Below are positions 56,194 through 64,000 of a stretch of 64,000 nucleotides of DNA, piece by piece. How positions within the stretch are numbered: position 1 is the first letter of the stretch; every line of letters begins with the position of its first letter. Position numbers and translations under genes: made by a program. The notes beneath the pieces were generated by a model that was not told the origin of the DNA, searched no databases, and worked only from the letters and a program-made list of their open reading frames with translations. This stretch comes from a virus: positions 32,001-96,000 of IMG/VR virus record IMGVR_UViG_3300032298_001311, one strand, 5' to 3'.

Positions 56194-56871
56194 TTAGTTG
56201 TTCAGATAATACTGCTCCACCCGGCGCCACCACTTATCGCGCCAATAATCATACTTGTCTTCTGTTAAATCAAATTGTTGGTATACCAAATCACGACTGC
56301 ACATAAAAACATGTCCATGGCGTATTTTACTATTGTAAACTTCATTATGAGCTTCTGCATATGCTATAAGTTGTAGATAGTAATCTTCAATCCACTCTTC
56401 TTTTTTAGGCTTATTAGTCTGCTTAAAATCCATGATACATTCATTGCCTTTAAAAACACCCGGCAAGTCTGTAGCACCAGCATATATCTGAGGGAAATAA
56501 AGACTAACTTCACTGCCCCATATTTCATCAATATGACACATTGCTTCGTCACGAATTCTTTCCGCCATTTTATGTGCTTGTTGAGAATAAGGGTTAGTAC
56601 CTGGGTCAGGCCAGTCTCCTGTAGCAATATATTTTTCAAGGAAGGTATGCATCCTTGTCCCAACACCTGCTGCTTCTGTGACAATTTCTTGTGCTTTCTT
56701 TTCACCTACACGTTTACGCCACTCTATTAAATGAGTCTTGTCTTTAGTACTATCAAGAATCGTAGTTACAGAAGGTACCTTATTTCCATCTGGACACTCG
56801 TAGAGTCTTTTACCATTTTCTGATTTGCGATTAATTGGGGTATAATCAAACCGTGGTTTTATTAGGGTCAT
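56194..56871 (-). CDS. PD-(D/E)XK / Cas4-like exonuclease
   Basis: PSVTTIL, GTRMH..LE, AGATD, MDFKQT, QLIAYA. Confidence 0.85.
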   Translation of the reverse strand: MTLIKPRFDYTPINRKSENGKRLYECPDGNKVPSVTTILDSTKDKTHLIEWRKRVGEKKAQEIVTEAAGVGTRMHTFLEKYIATGDWPDPGTNPYSQQAHKMAERIRDEAMCHIDEIWGSEVSLYFPQIYAGATDLPGVFKGNECIMDFKQTNKPKKEEWIEDYYLQLIAYAEAHNEVYNSKIRHGHVFMCSRDLVYQQFDLTEDKYDYWRDKWWRRVEQYYLNN

Positions 56872-56903
56872 TGTTTACATTTTAACTTCTATCGAAATAA
56901 AGG

Positions 56904-57239
56904 TCAACCAACTCGGCGTTTTGCAGCATTTTTAGCCATTTTAGAAATACTAGTTTCTTTTTCGCCGCCTTGTGACTTTTTAGGATCTGTACCATAAGTT
57001 TTAAGTTCAACACCTCTATCGTCAAACTTGAAAACTAATTTCTGTATCATTGGGGAAGCATCATATTGTGCTTTGAAACTTTCGTAATCAAACTGTTCAT
57101 CGCCAACATTCTGCATAAGATTGTTTAAAGCAGCCCAATTAAGAAAACTAGGCTGCTGCTTACTATTTGCTTGTGCTACTAAATTTCTTAAAAGTAGCAC
57201 GAGATTATTACTTACGGCTTCTACTTCAGTTATTCTCAT
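56904..57239 (-). CDS. Hypothetical late protein
   Basis: 111-aa ORF, coupled to the upstream gene. Confidence 0.5.
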   Translation of the reverse strand: MRITEVEAVSNNLVLLLRNLVAQANSKQQPSFLNWAALNNLMQNVGDEQFDYESFKAQYDASPMIQKLVFKFDDRGVELKTYGTDPKKSQGGEKETSISKMAKNAAKRRVG

Positions 57240-58357
57240 CTGCCAACTAAAAGTTTTGTAAGACGTAGACGATGCTCAATGCTTTCTCTCTTAGCGCGAT
57301 CTGCTGGAGCAGCAACATCTATATCCATCTCTGCATCATCTGTTGGCATCTCTGCATCTAATTCTGCGTCCATGCCTGGTTCCATATCCATGTCCATTCC
57401 TGCATCCATGCCTGGCTCTGCTCCCATTGGAGTTGGAGCAACACCTGTTAGTGATGCAACTGAACCGTTAAGTGCTTCACGTGCGCCCTTAACTGACTGG
57501 AAAGCTGCGTCTAGTGCAGGTTGAACTGAAGCAGTAAATGCTTCTGCTTGGTCTGCACCTAGCTCGTCACGAATAGCATCAGCCATTTCCATAGCAGTCT
57601 GTGCCTGCATCTGAGCAATATCTTCTGACCAACCAGTGAACTTATCAACCATATCCTTGACAGCCATAATTAGTTCTGCCTTTGATTCTTCACCTTCGCG
57701 AAGTAAACGTGATATTGATTCCATTACAGATTCCTTTACCTTCTTCTTATCTTTAGCAGCCTTCTTCATAGGCTCTTTCTTGTTATTATTTTTATTAAGA
57801 TCTAGAAAGTCTGGCTTTGCTGCTTCCTTAACAGGATATGTCTTTCCACCAACTTTAATCTTTTCACCAGGTTGAATATCATTTTCTTTAGCTTTACTAA
57901 CTGCTAGACCGAAAGCATTACCCTCGTTTGGTGATTCGTCAGTCTTCTTATGCTTTGGAAGTCCCTTGTGCTTTGTGCCAGCAAACTTCTCAAGTTCCTT
58001 TGTACTCATTCCTGCCATTGACTTTGATGGTCCCTTAAGACCTGCTGTAGAACCCTTACGCTTTGCTGTTAGAGCAGCACCAGCAGCCTGTTGTTGAGCT
58101 TTACTTACAGCTCTTTCACTAATTGTAGTTCTAACAATATCCTGCATGAGCTTTAGGCGATGAAATTCTTCACTTTCTAAAGTCTCATTAAACTTGCCCT
58201 TTTTAAGAACAGAAATACGGCTTTCGATCAATCTTGCTGCCTTTTCTAGTTGTGCTGAATTATAGCTGTCAATATCAAGTTTTTCCCCGAAATGCTTACT
58301 AAGGGTCTCGTTCATAACCTTTGCAGTTGGTTTAGTTGTAAAGTCGCTGGTTCTCAT
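57236..58357 (-). CDS. Probable head scaffold/internal protein
   Basis: Many xxxE-S/A cleavage-like sites, Lys-rich middle, acidic Met/Pro-rich C-terminus. Confidence 0.45.
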   Translation of the reverse strand: MRTSDFTTKPTAKVMNETLSKHFGEKLDIDSYNSAQLEKAARLIESRISVLKKGKFNETLESEEFHRLKLMQDIVRTTISERAVSKAQQQAAGAALTAKRKGSTAGLKGPSKSMAGMSTKELEKFAGTKHKGLPKHKKTDESPNEGNAFGLAVSKAKENDIQPGEKIKVGGKTYPVKEAAKPDFLDLNKNNNKKEPMKKAAKDKKKVKESVMESISRLLREGEESKAELIMAVKDMVDKFTGWSEDIAQMQAQTAMEMADAIRDELGADQAEAFTASVQPALDAAFQSVKGAREALNGSVASLTGVAPTPMGAEPGMDAGMDMDMEPGMDAELDAEMPTDDAEMDIDVAAPADRAKRESIEHRLRLTKLLVGR

Positions 58358-58398
58358 TGTTAGTTTCCTGTTTTGGATGTTGTATTATTTATCATCAG

Positions 58399-58842
58399 TT
58401 AAAATAATAAAGAATAACTTTTTTGAAGTGTTGCTTTAGCTTGTTGATACTTTTGATCTGTTACTTCAAATCTTGTTGTATATAGTTCTTCTTTAAGATA
58501 GTTGTTATTCTTTTCAGCAACTTTTATTTGACGCTTATAAACTTCTAAGTCCTGTCGAGCACTAAAGGCGATGCGATCCGACTCTATTACTTCTCTTATT
58601 TGATCTCCTCCTATTTTCTTTGTGAGCATACGAGCAACAATCATTGCTGCTGATTTTGAATAGGTGGAATATAACAATTGAGCACTATGCTTTACATGAT
58701 ACTTCCCATCCTTAGGTTGAATAATGTATGTTCCAATGAGAATGCCATTTTTCGTAATGATAGGCATTGCTCCACTACGAACAACATCTTTAGAGATAGA
58801 TTCTAGTTTATCAGCTACTTCTTTGGGATTTTGGACCAACAT
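58399..58842 (-). CDS. Hypothetical protein
   Basis: 147-aa ORF in late cluster. Confidence 0.5.
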   Translation of the reverse strand: MLVQNPKEVADKLESISKDVVRSGAMPIITKNGILIGTYIIQPKDGKYHVKHSAQLLYSTYSKSAAMIVARMLTKKIGGDQIREVIESDRIAFSARQDLEVYKRQIKVAEKNNNYLKEELYTTRFEVTDQKYQQAKATLQKSYSLLF

Positions 58843-59041
58843 AATCGTTCACCATGAGTTGAGTATCAGTTAGTTTACATAAAATGTCTTTAATAAGCAA
58901 GTTTTCTGCAATTCTAATTTCTCGCTCTGATAGCGAATGTGTTTCGATTATTTCTTTGTCTTTGTTCTGGCGAAGGAAGGATGCTTCCTCATTAGTAAGA
59001 GCCACATATATATTAGGATTAACTAATTCTCTGAATCTCAT
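58811..59041 (-). CDS. Hypothetical late protein
   Basis: MRFREL N-terminus. Confidence 0.5.
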   Translation of the reverse strand: MRFRELVNPNIYVALTNEEASFLRQNKDKEIIETHSLSEREIRIAENLLIKDILCKLTDTQLMVNDYVGPKSQRSS

Positions 59042-59457
59042 ACTTTTTTGTTTCCTTGTAAAGCAGCAAGTGTAGATAAAATCTCTTGTTTAGGAACTTT
59101 AACTGATACAGTTTTATTGCTTCCGGGGGTTTTATTTACCGGAGTTAATATCATATCATTTCCTTTAGAATCAATTTTATAAGGAGCTAATTCATCCCCT
59201 GTTGGAAGGATAATATCTTTCGGGATCGTCGGATTAATCGGGGTGGTCTGCCCTGTTGGTTTTTGAGATAGAGATGGTTGTTGGCCGATTTTCTGATTAG
59301 GATTACTTGCTACTGCTGGATTAGTACCCTGTGTAGCTTTTTGAGTTGCTATTTTGTTAGCATCTTGAGTTGCCTTGAGGACTGAAGGAGGTAACTTACT
59401 AAAATCTCTCCTACCGACTGTAGGTATTTGTTGAGTGTTGAATTCTTTGAATCTCAT
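59038..59457 (-). CDS. Hypothetical late protein
   Basis: MRFKEF N-terminus; TAAATA upstream. Confidence 0.5.
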   Translation of the reverse strand: MRFKEFNTQQIPTVGRRDFSKLPPSVLKATQDANKIATQKATQGTNPAVASNPNQKIGQQPSLSQKPTGQTTPINPTIPKDIILPTGDELAPYKIDSKGNDMILTPVNKTPGSNKTVSVKVPKQEILSTLAALQGNKKV

Positions 59458-59478
59458 GGTAACACTATTTAGCTAGTG

Positions 59479-59715
59479 TTACTTCATTAGTAATACTACT
59501 ATGGTTGATAGTAGTCCTGCTACAATGGTGCCTGCGGATCCAATAAGGACTTTTACCATTGTTTGATTTCCGTCAGTAATATCTTTACTGATTTCATCTA
59601 CTTTCTTTTCTATAACTGATAGCCTATTTTCCAATGCCTCATACCTCTGTTGACACAACTCAACATGAGCTTCTAGTGATTCTTTCTCAATTTGAGCTGC
59701 TGGTCTTGGTGCCAT
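59479..59715 (-). CDS. Small coiled-coil protein with C-terminal TM
   Basis: SLEAHVELC..RY..LE.RL coil, then hydrophobic tail. Confidence 0.6.
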   Translation of the reverse strand: MAPRPAAQIEKESLEAHVELCQQRYEALENRLSVIEKKVDEISKDITDGNQTMVKVLIGSAGTIVAGLLSTIVVLLMK

Positions 59716-59837
59716 TGGCTTTCTTCCTTCTGTTATTTCATAGCAACTGTGTCTCTTGTTGCTGCCTTTTTAGGGCCTTGGAATAAAATGCCTTTGTTTG
59801 CCTTACGAATAATATTTAGTGAGTATACTGGTCAAAG

Positions 59838-60218
59838 TTATCTACTAATAAATTCAACTCGAGTGTTATCGGGTACAGAAAAAAAACAATTTTTAAATTT
59901 AGCAGTTTCTTCACAATCATTTATGAATGGTACATATTCTAAATCTGTACGAATTAAGTAGGCTGGATCGTTGTCTTTTAAAAATATATCGTCTCTTTCG
60001 GTCCAAAATTCCCAAATCCATGTTAATTCTTTTTTACCATTCCAATCTATAATTTTTCGTTCAGGATCTTTGTCAGAAAAGATGATTGCTCTCATTTCTA
60101 ATGTTTGATGGAGAGTATTATAATTGTCTTGTTGTTTTTTCTTTAGAGGATCGATATGTTCTTTGAATACTTGTGTTCTTGTTATATCTACCAATGTTGT
60201 GATGCGAAACCATTGCAT
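59838..60218 (-). CDS. Hypothetical protein
   Basis: 126-aa ORF. Confidence 0.5.
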   Translation of the reverse strand: MQWFRITTLVDITRTQVFKEHIDPLKKKQQDNYNTLHQTLEMRAIIFSDKDPERKIIDWNGKKELTWIWEFWTERDDIFLKDNDPAYLIRTDLEYVPFINDCEETAKFKNCFFSVPDNTRVEFISR

Positions 60219-60239
60219 TACTTTAATTAGTCAAGAAAA

Positions 60240-60263
60240 AAGGGCAGTTAAAAAACTGCCCTT
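60240..60263 (-). terminator. Intrinsic terminator
   Basis: aagggcagtt/aactgccctt stem with U-tract. Confidence 0.75.
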
Positions 60264-60286
60264 CTTGAAGTGATATAAACTTTCGA

Positions 60287-60790
60287 TTAGAAAGTGAATT
60301 CTGAAACAACTGCACCTGAAAGGTTGATTGTTTGAGCAGCACCAGCATCGTCTGTATAAGCGAATGATGCATAGTTGTCAAACATATCAGTTAGAGCAGT
60401 TGAAAGAACTGCTGAAAGCTGTGATGTACCAACTGATGGATCAATGTAGTTAACAGTTGGATCAGCAACTGAAGCTGACCAAACATAACCATCATTTTCG
60501 TCAGTATCAACAGCCATTACTTCACCGCCACTTACTTCGATAGCAAAACGTAGAAGCTGACCAGCATTTGATCCAGCATCTGCCTGAATTGTACCAATGT
60601 GAACTGGTGTCCATCCGAGCTGTGAAAGAAGTGTATAAGTTAACCATGTTACTTCGCGAGAACCATCTGCTTGACGAATATCAACACCAAAGTCGATTTC
60701 GTAAAACTTTAGAGCTGCACCCTGAAGAGTAACTCCAGTTGTAACCTTACCAGCGTTAGCTGCTACTGTAGTACCGTATAGATCGGCCAT
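60287..60790 (-). CDS. Probable abundant virion protein
   Basis: Own TAAATA, AGGAGA RBS and terminator; biased codons; Ala/Thr/Val-rich. Confidence 0.5.
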   Translation of the reverse strand: MADLYGTTVAANAGKVTTGVTLQGAALKFYEIDFGVDIRQADGSREVTWLTYTLLSQLGWTPVHIGTIQADAGSNAGQLLRFAIEVSGGEVMAVDTDENDGYVWSASVADPTVNYIDPSVGTSQLSAVLSTALTDMFDNYASFAYTDDAGAAQTINLSGAVVSEFTF

Positions 60791-60868
60791 AATTTATCTC
60801 CTAATTTTTGTCGAGTCTCACTATAGAGCTCGTTACAATTATTTATCATCGGGAGAAATATTTGCTTG

Positions 60869-61165
60869 TTAAGCGTCAGAATCGCTGTCATCTAAACGAG
60901 ACAATCTTGTCCCTGCTCTTTTGCTTTCTTGTATTTTGCGAATTCCACGGCGGAACTTATCAGGATCACTGCCTTTAATACTGTTGATCAAGCGACGTTC
61001 AAGATCAAGAGCAACTTCTTCTGGAAAGTTTTCTCTAACCATATCAAGGATATTAATAGCACCATTGATAACATGTAGTGCTCTGCTCTCTACAATAAGT
61101 TCAACATCCTTTTTTGCAGCATAGGAGTTAAGCTCTTGTAATATTGATCTTGTTTGTTTCCTCAT
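60869..61165 (-). CDS. Conserved large-phage hypothetical protein
   Basis: TAAATA-N4-ATG; 98 aa. Confidence 0.55.
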   Translation of the reverse strand: MRKQTRSILQELNSYAAKKDVELIVESRALHVINGAINILDMVRENFPEEVALDLERRLINSIKGSDPDKFRRGIRKIQESKRAGTRLSRLDDSDSDA

Positions 61166-61304
61166 CTATTATTTAACATATACTCAACCGAAAGAAAAAC
61201 AAACTGTTTATTCATCCTGATAATAAATATCTGGCTAATAAGATGTTGCTTTATACCAAGTAAACATGTATATTAGTAAAATACAGACACACAGGAGAAA
61301 TAAA

Positions 61305-61577
61305 ATGTTCGACAGCAAAGAGATCAAAGACATGAACAAGTACATTCCAGAAGTTAAGTTCAACAAGAACGGTTATGAAATCCGCACTCAGATGTTAGAA
61401 ATGGCACAGACTCAGCTCTGGAACGACTATCAGGCTAAGTGGGGTCAGTTTGAGTTAACAGTAAAGAAGGATGGGGATCAGGTTGTTACTACTATTGAAG
61501 CACCTCAGATTCCGGGTGCTGATCAAATCCTTAAGACCGCAGAAATGTTCTACAATTTTGTGAACATGAAGAAGTAA
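61305..61577 (+). CDS. Hypothetical protein
   Basis: AGGAGA RBS before MFDSKE; terminator downstream. Confidence 0.6.
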   Translation: MFDSKEIKDMNKYIPEVKFNKNGYEIRTQMLEMAQTQLWNDYQAKWGQFELTVKKDGDQVVTTIEAPQIPGADQILKTAEMFYNFVNMKK

Positions 61578-61631
61578 TTTCAAAACATATTATATTAAAG
61601 CGCATAGCGCATATAGACATTTTTATAAAGT

Positions 61632-61663
61632 AAGAAGGGTAGGACCAAAATCCTACCTTTTCT
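61632..61663 (+). terminator. Intrinsic terminator
   Basis: aagggtagga/tcctaccttt followed by T-rich run. Confidence 0.65.
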
Positions 61664-61668
61664 CTTAT

Positions 61669-61697
61669 TTGACAAAAGCCAATTCGTTCCGTATAAT
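61669..61697 (+). promoter_or_regulatory. Consensus sigma70 promoter TTGACA-17-TATAAT
   Basis: Perfect consensus upstream of the HNH gene. Confidence 0.8.
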
Positions 61698-61718
61698 AAG
61701 TAAAATTATGAGGAGAAC

Positions 61719-62240
61719 ATGCCAAATACTTTATTGCTGAATGCTGATGCTCAACCAATGAGTTTAGTTCCACTGTCAGCTATTGATTGGCAAAGTGCGG
61801 TACGCTACATCTGGCTCGATAAAGTTAAAGTTCTACACGAATACGAGGAATGGCAAATTCACAGTCCAACTCATGTTATGAATGTACCTGCTGTGATTAT
61901 GCTCAATGAATATTGGCAACCAAAAGCCCGTGTGCGTTTCAATCGTAAATGGGTTTTCTTGCGTGACAATTATACTTGTCAATATTGCGGTGATCAACTT
62001 AATGTGAGTCAGTGTACAATTGATCATGTTGTTCCGGTTTCAAAAGGTGGTAAGACTACCTGGCATAATGTTGTTACGGCTTGCTACCCTTGTAATAATA
62101 GCAAAGGTAACAATCCAAAAATTCGTCCAAAGATAGATCCAGAGCAGCCAAATTATTGGATGCTGGCTAACAATCGTAAACAGAAGAGTTGGACTGTTCC
62201 TCACGAAAGTTGGCTAAATTATATTGATGGAAGATTTTGA
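61719..62240 (+). CDS. HNH endonuclease
   Basis: RDNYTCQYCG, TIDHVVP.SKGG..TW.N.VTAC..CN..K. Confidence 0.92.
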   Translation: MPNTLLLNADAQPMSLVPLSAIDWQSAVRYIWLDKVKVLHEYEEWQIHSPTHVMNVPAVIMLNEYWQPKARVRFNRKWVFLRDNYTCQYCGDQLNVSQCTIDHVVPVSKGGKTTWHNVVTACYPCNNSKGNNPKIRPKIDPEQPNYWMLANNRKQKSWTVPHESWLNYIDGRF

Positions 62241-63084
62241 ACGACCTAAAACCAGAATACAATGGATGCTAGGCAATAATTGCAATTACGATTGTAGTTA
62301 TTGTCTAGACCTCTTTAAAAGAGGAGATTATTCAGCGCCCGATGAAGAATTATTTTTAGAAATTTGTAAAGATATCATTTATCATTATGATGATTTAGGA
62401 AATGATGTTGTCTTTGAATTCATAGGTGGTGAGCCAACATTAACTGAAAAAATTCCAGACATTGGGCAAAGACTACATAATTATCCAACAAGTATAATAT
62501 TAAGAACGAATGGTAGTGCTAGTTTAGATTGGTGGCTAAAATCAAGTAGGTATCTGTCTGAAGTAATAATATCTGTGCATCGAGAATTTGCTGACATAGA
62601 ACATATCATAAACGTAATTAAATTATTAAAAGAATCTAAAAATATGCATCCTATCGAAGTTAAAGTTTTATTTCCGGTAACAGTTAGACCAGAGAGCTGG
62701 AATTGGGGAATATCTCATGTTAAAAAATTTAGGAAAAGATTTGGAGTTGGTGAATTACAGTTACTTTATAGCAATTTCGGAAGAAAAAGTGACACGCTAC
62801 TTCCTTATAAAGAAGAACAATTAAATCAAATAGGTAAAAGTTCTATAGTAACTAACCAAAGTAGTGTAAAGACAGATCCATTTAATTATAAAGGAAAAAC
62901 TTGTTATGCAGGAATTGATACTCTAGTTATTGATGCAATTGGGGATATTTTTAGAGGCTGGTGCTTACAAGAAGGTAAAATTGGTAATATTTACAAAATG
63001 CCCGTTGCATGGCCAAAAACTACAATTATCTGCCAAAAAGAATCTTGCAAAAACGGTTTTGACCAATCAGCAAAGAAAATTTAA
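62224..63084 (+). CDS. Radical SAM protein with C-terminal twitch-like Cys cluster
   Basis: CNYDCSYC, GGEPT, TNG, CYAG...C...C...C. Confidence 0.85.
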   Translation: MMEDFERPKTRIQWMLGNNCNYDCSYCLDLFKRGDYSAPDEELFLEICKDIIYHYDDLGNDVVFEFIGGEPTLTEKIPDIGQRLHNYPTSIILRTNGSASLDWWLKSSRYLSEVIISVHREFADIEHIINVIKLLKESKNMHPIEVKVLFPVTVRPESWNWGISHVKKFRKRFGVGELQLLYSNFGRKSDTLLPYKEEQLNQIGKSSIVTNQSSVKTDPFNYKGKTCYAGIDTLVIDAIGDIFRGWCLQEGKIGNIYKMPVAWPKTTIICQKESCKNGFDQSAKKI

Positions 63085-63323
63085 CTATAATCAGGTAAAG
63101 GCCCGCCGTGCTTTTTGCCTTTTATAATTTTACCGTCTATCTTTTTTCGATTCTTACCAACACGTTGAGTTTTTCCACTACGATGAGAGAGAAATCCTTG
63201 ACTAATACAGGATGATAGTTGACTAGCTCCTATGTTTCTACCCTTCTTTGCTTTATTACAAAGAGCTTTAGAAGCTGGTCCTTCTTCGTCTGTTATAGAG
63301 TTGGCGAATTCATATAATCTCAT
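63081..63323 (-). CDS. Small basic late protein
   Basis: MRLYEF N-terminus; TAAATA upstream. Confidence 0.5.
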   Translation of the reverse strand: MRLYEFANSITDEEGPASKALCNKAKKGRNIGASQLSSCISQGFLSHRSGKTQRVGKNRKKIDGKIIKGKKHGGPLPDYS

Positions 63324-63331
63324 AAAAATAT

Positions 63332-64000
63332 TTATCTAGATTTGATATAGTTATTAGCTCTAACTAAATCTTCTTCAGTATTAACTTCGGGAGGAACTAC
63401 ATTAGTTTTGAGAGCAGCAATCTTATATCCAAGCTCTATCCATCTCAATTGTTCAAGATTTTCTGCAATTTCGTGAGGTGTTCTTTCATTAGATAACAAC
63501 ATTAGATTTTGTCTTTTGTAAGCATAAACACCTACATGATGATATCCATAACTCAAGGCACTTCTACAAAACCAATGTGCTCTCATAATATTTGGATCTA
63601 TGTCTGATGCAACTTGACAACAAATTGCTTTAACAGTATTGATATCATTTTGTCCTCCAGGACTCATTTCGTGAACAAGAGTAGCAACATCTGCTCCTGT
63701 TCTTTCTAGAGTAATAGCAGCATCAACTATTTGATAAGGATCAATAAAAGGCAAATCACCTTGACAGTTTACAATTATATCTTCATTAAAATCATTAGCT
63801 GCCCATGCTATTCTGTCAGTACCTGTTGCACAAGCTTCTGGGGTTAATCTTACGTCCCAGTGAGGGAATTTTTCTTTAAGATCAGGACTATCTGTTAGAA
63901 CAGTAACGAGATAGTCAGTAGCACAAGCTCTAGCATGAACATGTTCGATAAGAGTCTTTTCGCCTATCATAGCTAAAGGCTTGTTAGGTAATCTTGTGCT
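63332..64000 (-). CDS. kdsB: CMP-KDO synthetase (5' end beyond the window)
   Basis: Frame reads STRLPNKPLAMIGEKTLIEHV; GTDRI, NCQGD.P, H.GVYAY, E.LEQLRW, EVNT.EDL. Confidence 0.92.
   Translation of the reverse strand, partial: STRLPNKPLAMIGEKTLIEHVHARACATDYLVTVLTDSPDLKEKFPHWDVRLTPEACATGTDRIAWAANDFNEDIIVNCQGDLPFIDPYQIVDAAITLERTGADVATLVHEMSPGGQNDINTVKAICCQVASDIDPNIMRAHWFCRSALSYGYHHVGVYAYKRQNLMLLSNERTPHEIAENLEQLRWIELGYKIAALKTNVVPPEVNTEEDLVRANNYIKSR

Noticed and set aside
62224-63084. Radical SAM protein as QueE partner of QueD
   Set aside because: Lacks the QueE N-terminal (S.QGEG) motif and has a twitch-like C-terminus
1-64000. CRISPR array, integrase, transposase or rRNA operon
   Set aside because: No regularly spaced direct repeats or such genes seen by eye; the Cas4-like nuclease at 56194 is the usual stand-alone phage exonuclease
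63332-64000. Idea that the window is a circle joining kdsA to kdsB
   Set aside because: The ends do not join (most of kdsA is missing), and core genes such as capsid, terminase and polymerase are absent, so the genome is much larger

Overview
A 64-kb segment of a large, AT-rich, T4-like (jumbo) dsDNA phage genome, coded almost entirely on the minus strand. The host is very likely an alphaproteobacterial methanotroph (Methylocystaceae-like). Evidence: a stand-alone pmoC with both C-subunit copper sites intact, a Rhizobiales-type Omp25/Omp31 porin, a two-piece (permuted) tmRNA of alphaproteobacterial type, and a tRNA-His lacking G-1 with A73. Content: 18 tRNAs with encoded CCA plus one tRNA-like RNA, interleaved with AT-rich modification enzymes (radical SAM, B12-radical SAM, sulfotransferase, APS kinase, methyltransferase, 2OG oxygenase); a proteostasis/translation kit (FtsH, YccA, two ClpP, ClpS, DnaK, Hsp20, IF-1, bS21, tmRNA); heme oxygenase plus a bilin reductase; KdsA/KdsB; QueD; class Ia RNR with glutaredoxin; a lysis cassette; and virion proteins. 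The most interesting unexplained signals are non-coding: (1) a leader-peptide attenuator whose 24 codons cover 17 amino acids, ahead of the tRNA array; (2) the permuted tmRNA (tag ANDNFVASEIALAA); (3) an anticodon-less tRNA-shaped RNA; (4) ROSE-like thermometers on both hsp20 and dnaK; (5) a preQ1-I-like pseudoknot before queD; (6) a fixed TAAATA-N4-ATG motif implying leaderless late mRNAs. All annotation is by eye from motifs; no database search or folding program was run.
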